From Eledone cirrhosa (taxonomy: Eukaryota), in the NCBI GenBank assembly GCA_964016885.1, contig OZ024742.1, forward strand, positions 317,626,001 to 317,690,000: a stretch of DNA of 64,000 nt. Reading direction: 5' to 3'. This document shows positions 28,401 through 43,400 of this stretch, piece after piece (position 1 is the stretch's first letter; every line of letters begins with the position of its first letter). A program made the translations under genes and the position numbers. The notes beneath the pieces were generated by a model. It saw only the letters and a program-made list of their open reading frames with translations, searched no databases and was not told the origin of the DNA.

Positions 28401-31400
28401 TTGTTACTGTTGTTGTTACAGTTGGTGTTACTGTTGTTGTTACTGTTGTTACTTCTGTTGTTACTGTTGTTACTGTTGTTGTTACTGTTGTTGTTACTGT
28501 TGTTGTTACTGTTGTTGTTACTGTTGTTGTTACTGTTGTTGTTACTGTTGTTGTTACTGTTGTTACTGTTGTTGTTACTGTTGTTGTTACTGTTGTTGTT
28601 ACTGTTGTTGTTACTGTTGTTTCTGTTGTTGTTACTGTTGTTGTTACTGTTGTTGTTACTGTTGTTACTGTTGTTACTGTTGTTGTTACTGATGTTGTTA
28701 CTGTTGTTGTTACTGTTGTTGTTACTGTTGTTGTTACTGTTGTTGTTACTGTTGTTGTTACTGTTGTTACTGTTGTTGTTACTGTTGTTATTGTTGTTAC
28801 TGTTGTTACTGTTGTTACTGTTGTTGTTACTGTTCTTGTTACTGTTCTTGTTACTGTTGTTACTGTTGTTGTTACTGTTGTTGTTACTGTTGTTGTTACT
28901 GTTGTTACTGTTGTTACGGTTGTTGTTACTGTTGTTACTGTTGTTACTGTTGTTACTGTTGTTGTTACTGTTGTTACTGTTGTTGTTACTGTTGTTGTTA
29001 CTGTTGTTGTTACTGTTGTTGTTACTGTTGTTACTGTTGTTGTTACTGTTGTTACTGTTGTTACTGTTGTTGTTACTGTTGTTACTTTTGTTACTGTTGT
29101 TGTTACTGTTGTTGTTACTGTTGTTACTGTTGTTACTGTTGTTGTTACTGTTGTTGTTACTGTTGTTGTTACTGTTGTTAATGTTGTTGTTACTGTTGTT
29201 GTTACTGTTGTTGTTACTGTTGTTGTTACTGTTGTTTCTGTTGTTGTTACTGTTGTTGTTACTGTTGTTACTGTTGTTGTTACAGTTGTTGTTACTGTTG
29301 TTGTTACTGTTGTTACTGCTGTTGTTACTTTTGTTACTGTTGTTGTTACTGTTGTTGTTACTGTTGTTCTTACTGTTGTTGTTACTGTTGTTACTGTTGT
29401 TGTTACTGTTGTTGTTACAGTTGTTGTTACTGTTGTTGTTACTGTTGTTACTGTTGTTGTTACAGTTGTTGTTACTGTTGTTGTTACTGTTGTTGTTACT
29501 GTTGTTGTTACAGTTGGTGTTACTGTTGTTGTTACTGTTGTTACTTCTGTTGTTACTGTTGTTGTTACTGTTGTTGTTACTGTTGTTGTTACTGTTGTTG
29601 TTACTGTTGTTGTTACTGTTGTTGTTACTGTTGTTACTGTTGTTGTTACTGTTTTTGTTACTGTTGTTGTTACTGTTGTTGTTACTGTTGTTGCTGTTGT
29701 TGTTACTGTTGTTGTTACTGTTGTTGTTACTGTTGTTGTTACTGTTGTTACTGTTGTTACTGTTGTTGTTACTGATGTTGTTACTGTTGTTGTTACTGTT
29801 GTTGTTACTGTTGTTGTTACTGTTGTTGTTACTGTTGTTACTGTTGTTGTTACTGTGGTTACTGTCGTTGTTACTGTTGTTGTTACTGTTGTTGTTACTG
29901 TTGTTGTTACTGTTGTTGTTACTGTTGTTGTTACTGTTCTTGTTACTGTTGTTACTGTTGTTGTTACTGTTCTTGTTACTGTTGTTGTTACTGTTGTTGT
30001 TACTGTTGTTACTGTTGTTGTTACAGTTGTTACTGTTGTTGTTACTGTTGTTACCGTTGTTACTGTTGTTGTTACTGTTGTTGTTACTGTTGTTGTTACA
30101 TTGTTTCTGTTGTTGTTACTGTTGTTGTTACTGTTGTTACTGTTGTTGTTACTGTTGTTACTGTTGTTGTTACTGTTGTTACTGTTGTTGTTACTGTTGT
30201 TGTTACTGTTGTTGTTACTGTTGTTTCTGTTATTGTTACGGTTGTTGTTACTGTTGTTACTGTTGTTGTTACTATTGTTACTGTTGTTGTTACTGTTATT
30301 GTTACTGTTGTTACTGTTGTTGTTACTGTTGTTGTTACTGTTGTTTCTGTTGTTGTTACTGTTGTTGTTACTGTTGTTGTTACTGTTGTTGTTACTGTTG
30401 TTGTTACTGTTGTTGTTACTGTTGTTGTTACTGTTGTTTCTGTTGTTGCTACTGTTGTTGTTACTGTTGTTGTTGTTACTGTTGTTGTTACTGTTGTTAC
30501 TGTTGTTACTGTTGTTGTTAATGTTGTTGTTACTGTTGTTGTTACTGTTGTTGTTACTGTTGTTGTTACTATTGTTACTGTTGTTGTTACTATTGTTACT
30601 GTTGTTGTTACTGTTGTTACTGTTGTTAATGTTGTTGTTACTGTTCTTAGTGTTCTTACTGTTGTTACTGTTGTTGTTACTGTTGTTACTGTTGTTGTTA
30701 CTGTTGTTGTTACTGTTGTTGTTACAGTTGTTACTGTTGTTGTTACTGTTGTTGTTACTGTTGTTGTTACTGTTGTTACTGTTGTTGTTACTGTTGTTGA
30801 TACTGTTGTTGTTACTGTTGTTGTTACTGTTATTGTTACTGTTGTTGTTACTGTTGTTGTTACTGTTGTTACTGTTGTTGTTACTGTTGTTACTGTTGTT
30901 GTTACTGTTGTTACTGTTGTTGTTACTGTTGTTGTTACTGTTGTTGTTACTGTTGTTACTGTTGTAGTTACTGTTGTTGTTACTTTTGTTACTGTTGTTG
31001 TTACTGTTGTTACTGTTGTTACTGTTGTTGTTACTGTTGTTACTGATGTTACTGTTGTTACTGTTATTGTTACTGTTGTTACTGTTGTTGTTACTGTTGT
31101 TACTGTTGTTACTGTTGTTGTTATTGCTGTTACTGTTGTTGTTACTGTTGTTACTGTTGTTGTTACTGTTGTTACTGTTGTTACTGTTGTTACTGTTGTT
31201 ACCGTTCGTGTTACTGTTGCTACTGTTATTGTTACTGTTGTTACTCTTGTTATTACTGTTGTTACTGTTGTTGTTACTGTTGTTACTGTTGTTACTGTTG
31301 TTACTGTTGTTGTTACAATTGTTGTTACAGTTATTGTTACTGTTGTTACTGTTGTTACTGTTGTTACTGTTCGTGTTACTGTTGCTACTGTTGTTGTTAC

Positions 31401-34400
31401 TGTTGTTACTGTTGTTGTTATTGTTGTTGTTACATTTGTTGTTACAGTTATTGTTACTGTTGTTACTGTTGTTACTGTTGTTACTGTTCGTGTTACTGCG
31501 GTTACTGTTGTTGTTACTGTTGTTACTGTTGTTATTACTGTTGTTACTGTTGTTGTTACTGTTGTTACTGTTGTTGTTACTGTTGTTGTTACTGTTGTTG
31601 TTACTGTTGTTACTGTTGTTACTGTTGTTGTTACTGTTGTTACTGTTGTTACTGTTGTTGTTACTGTTGTTACTGTTGTTGTTACTGTTGTTGTTACTGT
31701 TGTTACAGTTGTTTCTGTTGTTGTTACTGTTGTTGTTACTGTTGTTACTGTTGTTGTTACTGTTGTTGTTACTGTTGTTGTTACTGTTGTTTCTGTTATT
31801 GTTACGGTTGTTGTTACTGTTGTTACTGTTGTTGTTACTATTGTTACTGTTGTTGTTACTGTTATTGTTACTGTTGTTACTGTTGTTGTTACTGTTGTTG
31901 TTACTGTTGTTTCTGTTGTTGTTACTGTTGTTGTTACTGTTGTTGTTACTGTTGTTGTTACTGTTGTTTCTGTTGTTGTTACTGTTGTTGTTACTGTTGT
32001 TGTTACTGTTGTTGTTACTGTTGTTGTTACTGTTGTTTCTGTTGTTGCTACTGTTGTTGTTACTGTTGTTGTTGTTACTGTTGTTGTTACTGTTGTTACT
32101 GTTGTTACTGTTGTTGTTACTGTTGTTGTTACTGTTGTTGTTACTGTTGTTAATGTTGTTGTTACTGTTGTTGTTACTGTTGTTGTTACTGTTGTTGTTA
32201 CTGTTGTTTCTGTTGTTGTTACTGTTGTTGTTGTTACTGTTGTTACTGTTGTTGTTACAGTTGTTGTTACTGTTGTTGTTACTGTTGTTACTGCTGTTGT
32301 TACTGTTGTTACTGTTGTTGTTACTGTTGTTGTTACTGTTGTTGTTACTGTTGTTGTTACTGTTGTTACTGTTGTTGTTACTGTTGTTGTTACAGTTGTT
32401 GTTACTGTTGTTGTTACTGTTGTTACTGTTGTTGTTACAGTTGTTGTTACTGTTGTTGTTACTGTTGTTGTTACTGTTGTTGTTACAGTTGGTGTTACTG
32501 TTGTTGTTACTGTTGTTACTTCTGTTGTTACTGTTGTTGTTACTGTTGTTGTTACTGTTGTTGTTACTGTTGTTGTTACTGTTGTTGTTACTGTTCTTAC
32601 TGTTGTTACTGTTGTTGTTACTGTTGTTACTGTTGTTGTTACTGTTGTTGTTACTGTTGTTGTTACAGTTGTTACTGTTGTTGTTACTGTTGTTGTTACT
32701 GTTGTTGTTACTGTTGTTACTGTTGTTGTTACTGTTGTTGTTACTGTTGTTGTTACTGTTGTTGTTACTGTTATTGTTACTGTTGTTGTTACTGTTGTTG
32801 TTACTGTTGTTACTGTTGTTGTTACTGTTGTTACTGTTGTTGTTACTGTTGTTACTGTTGTTGTTACTGTTGTTGTTACTGTTGTTGTTACTGTTGTTAC
32901 TGTTGTAGTTACTGTTGTTGTTACTTTTGTTACTGTTGTTGTTACTGTTGTTACTGTTGTTACTGTTGTTGTTACTGTTGTTACTGATGTTACTGTTGTT
33001 ACTGTTATTGTTACTGTTGTTACTGTTGTTGTTACTGTTGTTACTGTTGTTACTGTTGTTGTTATTGCTGTTACTGTTGTTGTTACTGTTGCTACTGTTA
33101 TTGTTACTGTTGTTACTCTTGTTATTACTGTTGTTACTGTTGTTGTTACTGTTGTTACTGTTGTTACTGTTGTTACTGTTGTTGTTACAATTGTTGTTAC
33201 AGTTATTGTTACTGTTGTTACTGTTGTTACTGTTGTTACTGTTCGTGTTACTGTTGCTACTGTTGTTGTTACTGTTGTTACTGTTGTTGTTATTGTTGTT
33301 GTTACATTTGTTGTTACAGTTATTGTTACTGTTGTTACTGTTGTTACTGTTGTTACTGTTCGTGTTACTGCGGTTACTGTTGTTGTTACTGTTGTTACTG
33401 TTGTTATTACTGTTGTTACTGTTGTTGTTACTGTTGTTACTGTTGTTGTTACTGTTGTTGTTACTGTTGTTGTTACTGTTGTTACTGTTGTTACTGTTGT
33501 TGTTACTGTTGTTACTGTTGTTACTGTTGTTGTTACTGTTGTTACTGTTGTTGTTACTGTTGTTGTTACTGTTGTTACAGTTGTTTCTGTTGTTGTTACT
33601 GTTGTTGTTACTGTTGTTACTGTTGTTGTTACTGTTGTTGTTACTGTTGTTGTTACTGTTGTTTCTGTTATTGTTACGGTTGTTGTTACTGTTGTTACTG
33701 TTGTTGTTACTATTGTTACTGTTGTTGTTACTGTTATTGTTACTGTTGTTACTGTTGTTGTTACTGTTGTTGTTACTGTTGTTTCTGTTGTTGTTACTGT
33801 TGTTGTTACTGTTGTTGTTACTGTTGCTGTTACTGTTGTTTCTGTTGTTGTTACTGTTGTTGTTACTGTTGTTGTTACTGTTGTTGTTACTGTTGTTGTT
33901 ACTGTTGTTTCTGTTGTTGCTACTGTTGTTGTTACTGTTGTTGTTGTTACTGTTGTTGTTACTGTTGTTACTGTTGTTACTGTTGTTGTTACTGTTGTTG
34001 TTACTGTTGTTGTTACTGTTGTTAATGTTGTTGTTACTGTTGTTGTTACTGTTGTTGTTACTGTTGTTGTTACTGTTGTTTCTGTTGTTGTTACTGTTGT
34101 TGTTGTTACTGTTGTTACTGTTGTTGTTACAGTTGTTGTTACTGTTGTTGTTACTGTTGTTACTGCTGTTGTTACTGTTGTTACTGTTGTTGTTACTGTT
34201 GTTGTTACTGTTGTTGTTACTGTTGTTGTTACTGTTGTTACTGTTGTTGTTACTGTTGTTGTTACAGTTGTTGTTACTGTTGTTGTTACTGTTGTTACTG
34301 TTGTTGTTACAGTTGTTGTTACTGTTGTTGTTACTGTTGTTGTTACTGTTGTTGTTACAGTTGGTGTTACTGTTGTTGTTACTGTTGTTACTTCTGTTGT

Positions 34401-37400
34401 TACTGTTGTTGTTACTGTTGTTGTTACTGTTGTTGTTACTGTTGTTGTTACTGTTGTTGTTACTGTTCTTACTGTTGTTACTGTTGTTGTTACTGTTGTT
34501 ACTGTTGTTGTTACTGTTGTTGTTACTGTTGTTGTTACAGTTGTTACTGTTGTTGTTACTGTTGTTGTTACTGTTGTTGTTACTGTTGTTACTGTTGTTG
34601 TTACTGTTGTTGTTACTGTTGTTGTTACTGTTGTTGTTACTGTTATTGTTACTGTTGTTGTTACTGTTGTTGTTACTGTTGTTACTGTTGTTGTTACTGT
34701 TGTTACTGTTGTTGTTACTGTTGTTACTGTTGTTGTTACTGTTGTTGTTACTGTTGTTGTTACTGTTGTTACTGTTGTAGTTACTGTTGTTGTTACTTTT
34801 GTTACTGTTGTTGTTACTGTTGTTACTGTTGTTACTGTTGTTGTTACTGTTGTTACTGATGTTACTGTTGTTACTGTTATTGTTACTGTTGTTACTGTTG
34901 TTGTTACTGTTGTTACTGTTGTTACTGTTGTTGTTATTGTTGTTACTGTTGTTGTTACTGTTGTTACTGTTGTTGTTACTGTTGTTACTGTTGTTACTGT
35001 TGTTACTGTTGTTACCGTTCGTGTTACTGTTGCTACTGTTATTGTTACTGTTGTTACTCTTGTTATTACTGTTGTTACTGTTGTTGATACTGTTGTTACT
35101 GTTGTTACTGTTGTTACTGTTGTTGTTACATTTGTTGTTACAGTTATTGTTACTGTTGTTACTGTTGTTACTGTTGTTACTGTTCGTGTTACTGTTGCTA
35201 CTGTTGTTGTTACTGTTGTTACTGTTGTTGTTATTGTTGTTGTTACATTTGTTGTTACAGTTATTGTTACTGTTGTTACTGTTGTTACTGTTGTTACTGT
35301 TCGTGTTACTGCGGTTACTGTTGTTGTTACTGTTGTTACTGTTGTTATTACTGTTGTTACTGTTGTTGTTACTGTTGTTACTGTTCTTGTTACTGTTGTT
35401 GTTACTGTTGTTGTTACTGTTGTTACTGTTGTTACTGTTGTTGTTACTGTTGTTACTGTTGTTACTGTTGTTGTTACTGTTGTTGTTACTGTTGTTATGG
35501 TTGTTACTGTTGTTGTTACTGTTGTTGTTACTGTTGTTACTGTTGTTACTGTTGTTGTTACTGTTGTTGTTACTGTTGTTACTATTGTTACTGTTGTTGT
35601 TACTGTTGTTACTGTTGTTACTGTTGTTGTTACTGTTGTTACTGTTGTTGTTACTGTTGTTGTTACTGTTGTTGTTATGTTGTTGTTACTGTTGTTACAG
35701 TTGTTACTGTTGTTACTGTTGTTGTTACTGTTGTTGTTACTGTTGTTACTGTTGTTACTGTTCTTACTGTTGTTGTTACTGTTGTTGTTAGTGTTGTTAC
35801 TATTGTTACTGTTGTTGTTACTGTTGTTACTGTTGTTACTGTTGTTGTTACTGTTGTTGTTACTGTTGTTGTTACTGTTGTTGTTACTGTTGTTACTGTT
35901 GTTACGGTTGTTGTTACTGTTGTTACTGTTGTTACTGTTGTTACTGTTGTTGTTACTGTTGTTGTTACTGTTGTTACTGTTGTTGTTACTGTTGTTGTTA
36001 CTGTTGTTGTTACTGTTGTTGTTACTGTTGTTACTGTTGTTGTTACTGTTGTTACTGTTGTTACTGTTGTTGTTACTGTTGTTACTGTTGTTACTGTTGT
36101 TGTTACTGTTGTTGTTACTGTTGTTGTTACTGTTGTTGTTACTGTTGTTGTTACTTTTGTTACTGTTGTTGTTACTGTTGTTGTTACTGTTGTTGTTACT
36201 GTTGTTGTTACTGTTGTTACTGTTGTTACTGTTGTTGTTTCTGTTGTTGTTACTGTTGTTACTGTTGTTGTTACTCTTTGTTACTGTTGTTGTTACTGTT
36301 GTTACTGTTGTTGTTACTGTTGTTACTGTTGTTGTTACTCTTGTTACTGTTGTTGTTACTGTTGTTGTTACTGTTGTTGTTGCTGTTGTTACTGTTGTTG
36401 TTACTGTTGTTACTGTTGTTGTTACTGTTGTTGTTACTGTTGTTACTGTTGTTGTTACTGTTGTTGTTACTGTTGTTACTGTTGTTGTTACTGTTGTTGT
36501 TACTGTTGTTGTTACTGTTGTTGTTACTGTTGTTTCTGTTGTTGTTACTGTTGTTGTTACTGTTGTTACTGTTGTTGTTACAGTTGTTGTTACTGTTGTT
36601 GTTACTGTTGTTACTGCTGTTGTTACTGTTGTTACTGTTGTTGTTACTGTTGTTGTTACTGTTGTTGTTACTGTTGTTACTGTTGTTACTGTTGTTGTTA
36701 CTGTTGTTGTTACTGTTGTTACTGTTGTTACTGTTGTTGTTACTGTTGTTGTTACTGTTGTTACTGTTGTTACTGTTGTTGTTACTGTTGTTGTTACTGT
36801 TGTTACTATTGTTACTGTTGTTGTTACTGTTGTTACTGTTGTTACTGTTGTTGTTACTGTTGTTACTGTTGTTGTTACTGTTGTTGTTACTGTTGTTGTT
36901 ACTGTTGTTGTTACTGTTGTTACTGTTGTTACTGTTGTTGTTACTGTTGTTGTTACTGTTGTTACTGTTGTTACTGTTCTTACTGTTGTTGTTACTGTTG
37001 TTGTTACTGTTGTTACTATTGTTACTGTTGTTGTTACTGTTGTTACTGTTGTTACTGTTGTTGTTACTGTTGTTGTTACTGTTGTTGTTACTGTTGTTGT
37101 TACTGTTGTTACTGTTGTTACGGTTGTTGTTACTGTTGTTACTGTTGTTACTGTTGTTACTGTTGTTGTTACTGTTGTTGTTACTGTTGTTACTGTTGTT
37201 GTTACTGTTGTTGTTACTGTTGTTGTTACTGTTGTTGTTACTGTTGTTGTTACTGTTGTTTCTGTTGTTGTTACTGTTGTTACTGTTGTTACTGTTGTTA
37301 CTGTTGTTGTTACTGTTGTTACTTTTGTTACTGTTGTTGTTACTGTTGTTGTTACTGTTGTTGTTACTGTTGTTGTTACTGTTGTTGTTACTTTTGTTAC

Positions 37401-40400
37401 TGTTGTTGTTACTGTTGTTGTTACTGTTGTTGTTACTGTTGTTGTTACTGTTGTTACTGTTGTTACTGTTGTTGTTTCTGTTGTTGTTACTGTTGTTACT
37501 GTTGTTGTTACTCTTTGTTACTGTTGTTGTTACTGTTGTTACTGTTGTTGTTACTGTTGTTACTGTTGTTGTTACTCTTGTTACTGTTGTTGTTACTGTT
37601 GTTGTTACTGTTGTTGTTACTGTTGTTTCTGTGGTTGTTACAGTTGTTACTGTTGTTACTGTTGTTGTTACTGTTGTTACTGTTGTTACTGTTGTTGTTA
37701 CTATTGTTGTTACTGTTGTTACTGTTGTTGTTACTGTTGTTGTTACTGTTGTTACTGTTGTTGTTACTGTTGTTGTTACTGTTGTTGTTACTGTTGTTAC
37801 TGTTGTTGTTACTGTTGTTACTGTTGTTGTTACTGTTGTTGTTACTGTTGTTACTGTTGTTGTTACTGTTGTTGTTACTGTTGTTAATGTTGTTGTTACT
37901 GTTGATGTTACTGTTGTTGTTACTGTTGTTTCTGTTGTTGTTACTGTTGTTGTTACTGTTGTTACTGTTGTTGTTACAGTTGTTCTTACTGTTGTTGTTA
38001 CTGTTGTTACTGCTGTTGTTACTGTTGTTACTGTTGTTGTTACTGTTGTTGTTACTGTTGTTGTTACTGTTGTTGTTACTGTTGTTACTCTTGTTGTTAC
38101 TGTTGTTGTTACAGTTGTTGTTACTGTTGTTGTTACTGTTGTTACTGTTGTTGTTACAGTTGTTGTTACTGTTGTTGTTACTGTTGTTGTTACTGTTGTT
38201 GTTACAGTTGGGTTACTGTTGTTGTTACTGTTGTTACTTCTGTTGTTACTGTTGTTGTTACTGTGTTGTCACTGTTGTTGTTACTGTTGTTGTTACTGTT
38301 GTTGTTACTGTTGTTGTTACTGTTGTTGTTACTGTTGTTGTTACTGTTGTTACTGTCGTTGTTACTGTTGTTACTGTTGTTACTGTTGTTGTTACTGTTC
38401 TTGTTATTGTTCTTGTTACTGTTGTTACTGTTGTTGTTACTGTTGTTGTTACTGTTGTTGTTACTGTTGTTGTTACTGTTGTTACTGTTGTTGTTACAGT
38501 TGTTACTGTTGTTGTTACTGTTGTTACCGTTGTTACTGTTGTTGTTACTGTTGTTACTGTTGTTGTTACTGTTGTTGTTACTGTTGTTACTGTTGTTGTT
38601 ACTGTTGTTACTGTTGTTGTTACTGTTGTTACTGTTGTTGTTACTGTTGTTGTTACTGTTGTTTTTACTGTTGTTTCTGTTATTGTTACGGTTGTTGTTA
38701 CTGTTGTTACTGTTGTTGTTACTATTGTTACTGTTGTTGTTACTGTTATTGTTACTGTTGTTACTGTTGTTGTTACTGTTGTTGTTACTGTTGTTTCTGT
38801 TGTTGTTACTGTTGTTGGAACTGTTGTTGTTACTGTTGTTTCTGTTGTTGTTACTGTTGTTGTTACTGTTGTTGTTACTGTTGTTGTTACTGTTGTTGTT
38901 ACTGTTGTTTCTGTTGTTGCTACTGTTGCTGTTACTGTTGTTGTTGTTACTGTTGTTGTTACTGTTGTTACTGTTGTTACTGTTGTTGTTACTGTTGTTG
39001 TTACTGTTGTTGTTACTGTTGTTAATGTTGTTGTTACTGTTGTTGTTACTGTTGTTGATACTGTTGTTGTTACTGTTGTTTCTGTTGTTGTTACTGTTGT
39101 TGTTACTGTTGTTACTGTTGTTGTTACAGTTGTTGTTACTGTTGTTGTTACTGTTGTTACTGCTGTTGTTACTGTTGTTACTGTTGTTGTTACTGTTGTT
39201 GTTACTGTTGTTGTTACTGTTGTTGTTACTGTTGTTACTGTTGTTGTTACTGTTGTTGTTACAGTTGTTGTTACTGTTGTTGTTACTGTTGTTACTGTTG
39301 TTGTTACAGTTGTTGTTACTGTTGTTGTTACTGTTGTTGTTACTGTTGTTGTTACAGTTGGTGTTACTGTTGTTGTTACTGTTGTTACTTCTGTTGTTAC
39401 TGTTGTTACTGTTGTTGTTACTGTTGTTGTTACTGTTGTTGTTACTGTTGTTGTTACTGTTGTTGTTACTGTTGTTGTTACTGTTGTTACTGTTGTTGTT
39501 ACTGTTTTTGTTACTGTTGTTGTTATTGTTGTTGTTACTGTTGTTTCTGTTGTTGTTACTGTTGTTGTTACTGTTGTTGTTACTGTTGTTACTGTTGTTA
39601 CTGTTGTTGTTACTGATGTTGTTACTGTTGTTGTTACTGTTGTTACCGTTGTTACTGTTGTTGTTACTGTTGTTACTGTTGTTGTTACTGTTGTTGTTAC
39701 TGTTGTTGTTACTGTTGTTTCTGTTGTTGTTACTGTTGTTGTTACTGTTGTTACTGTTGTTGTTACTGTTGTTAGTGTTGTTGTTACTGTTGTTACTGTT
39801 GTTGTTACTGTTGTTGTTACTGTTGTTGTTACTGTTGTTTCTGTTATTGTTACGGTTGTTGTTACTGTTGTTACTGTTGTTGTTACTATTGTTACTGTTG
39901 TTGTTACTGTTATTGTTACTGTTGTTACTGTTGTTGTTACTGTTGTTGTTACTGTTGTTTCTGTTGTTGTTACTGTTGTTGTTACTGTTGTTGTTACTGT
40001 TGTTGTTACTGTTGTTTCTGTTGTTGTTACTGTTGTTGTTACTGTTGTTGTTACCGGTGTTTGTTACTGTTGTTTCTGTTGTTGCTACTGTTGTTGTTAC
40101 TGTTGTTGTTGTTACTGTTGTTGTTACTGTTGTTACTGTTGTTACTGTTGTTGTTACTGTTGTTGTTACTGTTGTTGTTACTGTTGTTGTTACTTTTGTT
40201 GTTACTGTTGTTGTTACTATTGTTACTGTTGTTGTTACTATTGTTAATGTTGTTGTTACTGTTGTTACTGTTGTTAATGTTGTTGTTACTGTTCTTACTG
40301 TTCTTACTGTTGTTACTGTTGTTGTTACTGTTGTTACTGTTGTTGTTACTGTTGTTGTTACTGTTGTTGTTACAGTTGTTACTGTTGTTGTTACTGTTGT

Positions 40401-43400
40401 TGTTACTGTTGTTGTTACTGTTGTTACTGTTGTTGTTACTGTTGTTGTTACTGTTGTTGTTACTGTTGTTGTTACTGTTATTGTTACTGTTGTTGTTACT
40501 GTTGTTGTTACTGTTGTTACTGTTGTTGTTACAGTTGTTACTGTTGTTGTTACTGTTGTTACTGTTGTTGTTACTGTTGTTGTTACTGTTGTTGTTACTG
40601 TTGTTACTGTAGTAGTTACTGTTGTTGTTACTTTTGTTACTGTTGTTGTTACTGTTGTTACTGTTGTTACTGTTGTTGTTACTGTTGTTACTGATGTTAC
40701 TGTTGTTACTGTTGTTGTTACTGTTGTTACTGTTGTTGTTACTGTTGTTGTTATTGTTGTTACTGTTGTTGTTACTCTTGTTACTGTTGTTGTTACTGTT
40801 GTTACTGTTGTTACTGTTGTTACTGTTGTTACTGTTCGTGTTACTGTTGCTACTGTTATTGTTACTGTTGTTACTCTTGTTATTACTGTTGTTACTGTTG
40901 TTGTTACTGTTGTTACTGTTGTTACTGTTGTTACTGTTGTTGTTACATTTGTTGTTACAGTTGTTGTTACTGTTGTTACTGTTGTTACTGTTGTTACTGT
41001 TCGTGTTACTGTTGCTATTGTTGTTGTTACTGTTGTTACTGTTGTTGTTATTGTTGTTGTTACATTTGTTGTTACAGTTATTGTTACTGTTGTTACTGTT
41101 GTTACTGTTGTTACTGTTCGTGTTACTGCGGTTACTGTTGTTGTTACTGTTGTTACTGTTGTTATTACTGTTGTTACTGTTGTTGTTACTGTAGTTACTG
41201 TTGTTGTTACTGTTGTTGTTACTGTTGTTGTTACTGTTGTTACTGTTGTTACTGTTGTTGTTACTGTTGTTACTGTTGTTGCTGTTGTTGTTACTGTTGT
41301 TGTTACTGTTGTTACTGTTGTTACTGTTGTTGTTACTGTTGTTGTTACTGTTGTTACTGTTGTTACTGTTGTTGTTACTGTTGTTGTTACTGTTGTTACT
41401 ATTGTTACTGTTGTTGTTACTGTTGTTACTGTTGTTACTGTTGTTGTTACTGTTGTTACTGTTGTTGTTACTGTTGTTGTTACTGTTGTTGTTATGTTGT
41501 TGTTACTGTTGTTACTGTTGTTACTGTTGTTACTGTTGTTACTGTTGTTGTTACTGTTGTTGTTACTGTTGTTACTGTTGTTACTGTTCTTACTGTTGTT
41601 GTTACTGTTGTTGTTAGTGTTGTTACTATTGTTACTGTTGTTGTTACTGTTGTTACTGTTGTTACTGTTGTTGTTACTGTTGTTGTTACTGTTGTTGTTA
41701 CTGTTGTTGTTACTGTTGTTACTGTTGTTACGGTTGTTGTTACTGTTGTTACTGTTGTTACTGTTGTTACTGTTGTTGTTACTGTTGTTGTTACTGTTGT
41801 TACTGTTGTTGTTACTGTTGTTGTTACTGTTGTTGTTACTGTTGTTGTTACTGTTGTTACTGTTGTTGTTACTGTTGTTACTGTTGTTACTGTTGTTGTT
41901 ACTGTTGTTGTTACTGTTGTTGTTACTGTTGTTTCTGTTATTGTTACGGTTGTTGTTACTGTTGTTACTGTTGTTGTTACTATTGTTACTGTTGTTGTTA
42001 CTGTTATTGTTACTGTTGTTACTGTTGTTGTTACTGTTGTTGTTACTGTTGTTTCTGTTGTTGTTACTGTTGTTGTTACTGTTGTTGTTACTGTTGTTGT
42101 TACTGTTGTTTCTGTTGTTGTTACTGTTGTTGTTACTGTTGTTGTTACTGTTGTTGTTACTGTTGTTGTTACTGTTGTTTCTGTTGTTGTTACTGTTGTT
42201 GTTACTGTTGTTGTTGTTACTGTTGTTGTTACTGTTGTTACTGTTGTTACTGTTGTTGTTACTGTTGTTGTTACTGTTGTTGTTACTGTTGTTGTTACTG
42301 TTGTTGTTACCATTGTTACTGTTGTTGTTACTATTGTTACTGTTGTTGTTACTGTTGTTACTGTTGTTAATGTTGTTGTTACTGTTGTTACTGTTCTTAC
42401 TGTTGTTACTGTTGTTGTTACTGTTGTTACTGTTGTTGTTACTGTTGTTGTTACAGTTGTTACTGTTGTTGTTACTGTTGTTGTTACTGTTGTTGTTACT
42501 GTTGTTACTGTTGTTGTTACTGTTGTTGTTACTGTTGTTGTTACTGTTGTTGTTACTGTTATTGTTACTGTTGTTGTTACTGTTGTTGTTACTGTTGTTA
42601 CTGTTGTTGTTACTGTTGTTACTGTTGTTGTTACTGTTGTTACTGTTGTTGTTACTGTTGTTGTTACTGTTGTTGTTACTGTTGTTACTGTTGTAGTTAC
42701 TGTTGTTGTTACTGTTGTTACTGTTGTTGTTACTGTTGTTACTGTTGTTACTGTTGTTGTTACTGTTGTTACTGATGTTACTGTTGTTACTGTTGTTGTT
42801 ACTGTTGTTACTGTTGTTGTTACTGTTGTTACTGTTGTTACTGTTGTTGTTATTGTTGTTATTGTTGTTGTTACTGTTGTTACTGTTGTTGTTACTGTTG
42901 TTACTGCTGTTACTGTTGTTACTGTTGTTACTGTTCGTGTTACTGTTGCTACTGTTATTGTTACTGTTGTTACTCTTGTTATTACTGTTGTTACTGTTGT
43001 TGTTACTGTTGTTACTGTTGTTACTGTTGTTGTTACATTTGTTGTTACAGTTGTTGTTACTGTTGTTACTGTTGTTACTGTTCGTGTTACTGTTGCTACT
43101 GTTGTTGTTACTGTTGTTACTGTTGTTGTTATTGTTGTTGTTACATTTGTTGTTACAGTTATTGTTACTGTTGTTACTGTTGTTACTGTTGTTACTGTTG
43201 TTACTGTTGTTACTGTTCGTGTTACTGCGGGTACTGTTGTTGTTACTGTTGTTACTGTTGTTATTACTGTTGTTACTGTTGTTGTTACTGTTGTTACTGT
43301 TGTTGTTACTGTTGTTACTGTTGTTACTGTTGTTGTTACATTTGTTGTTACAGTTGTTGTTACTGTTGTTACTGTTGTTACTGTTGTTGTTACTGTTGTT

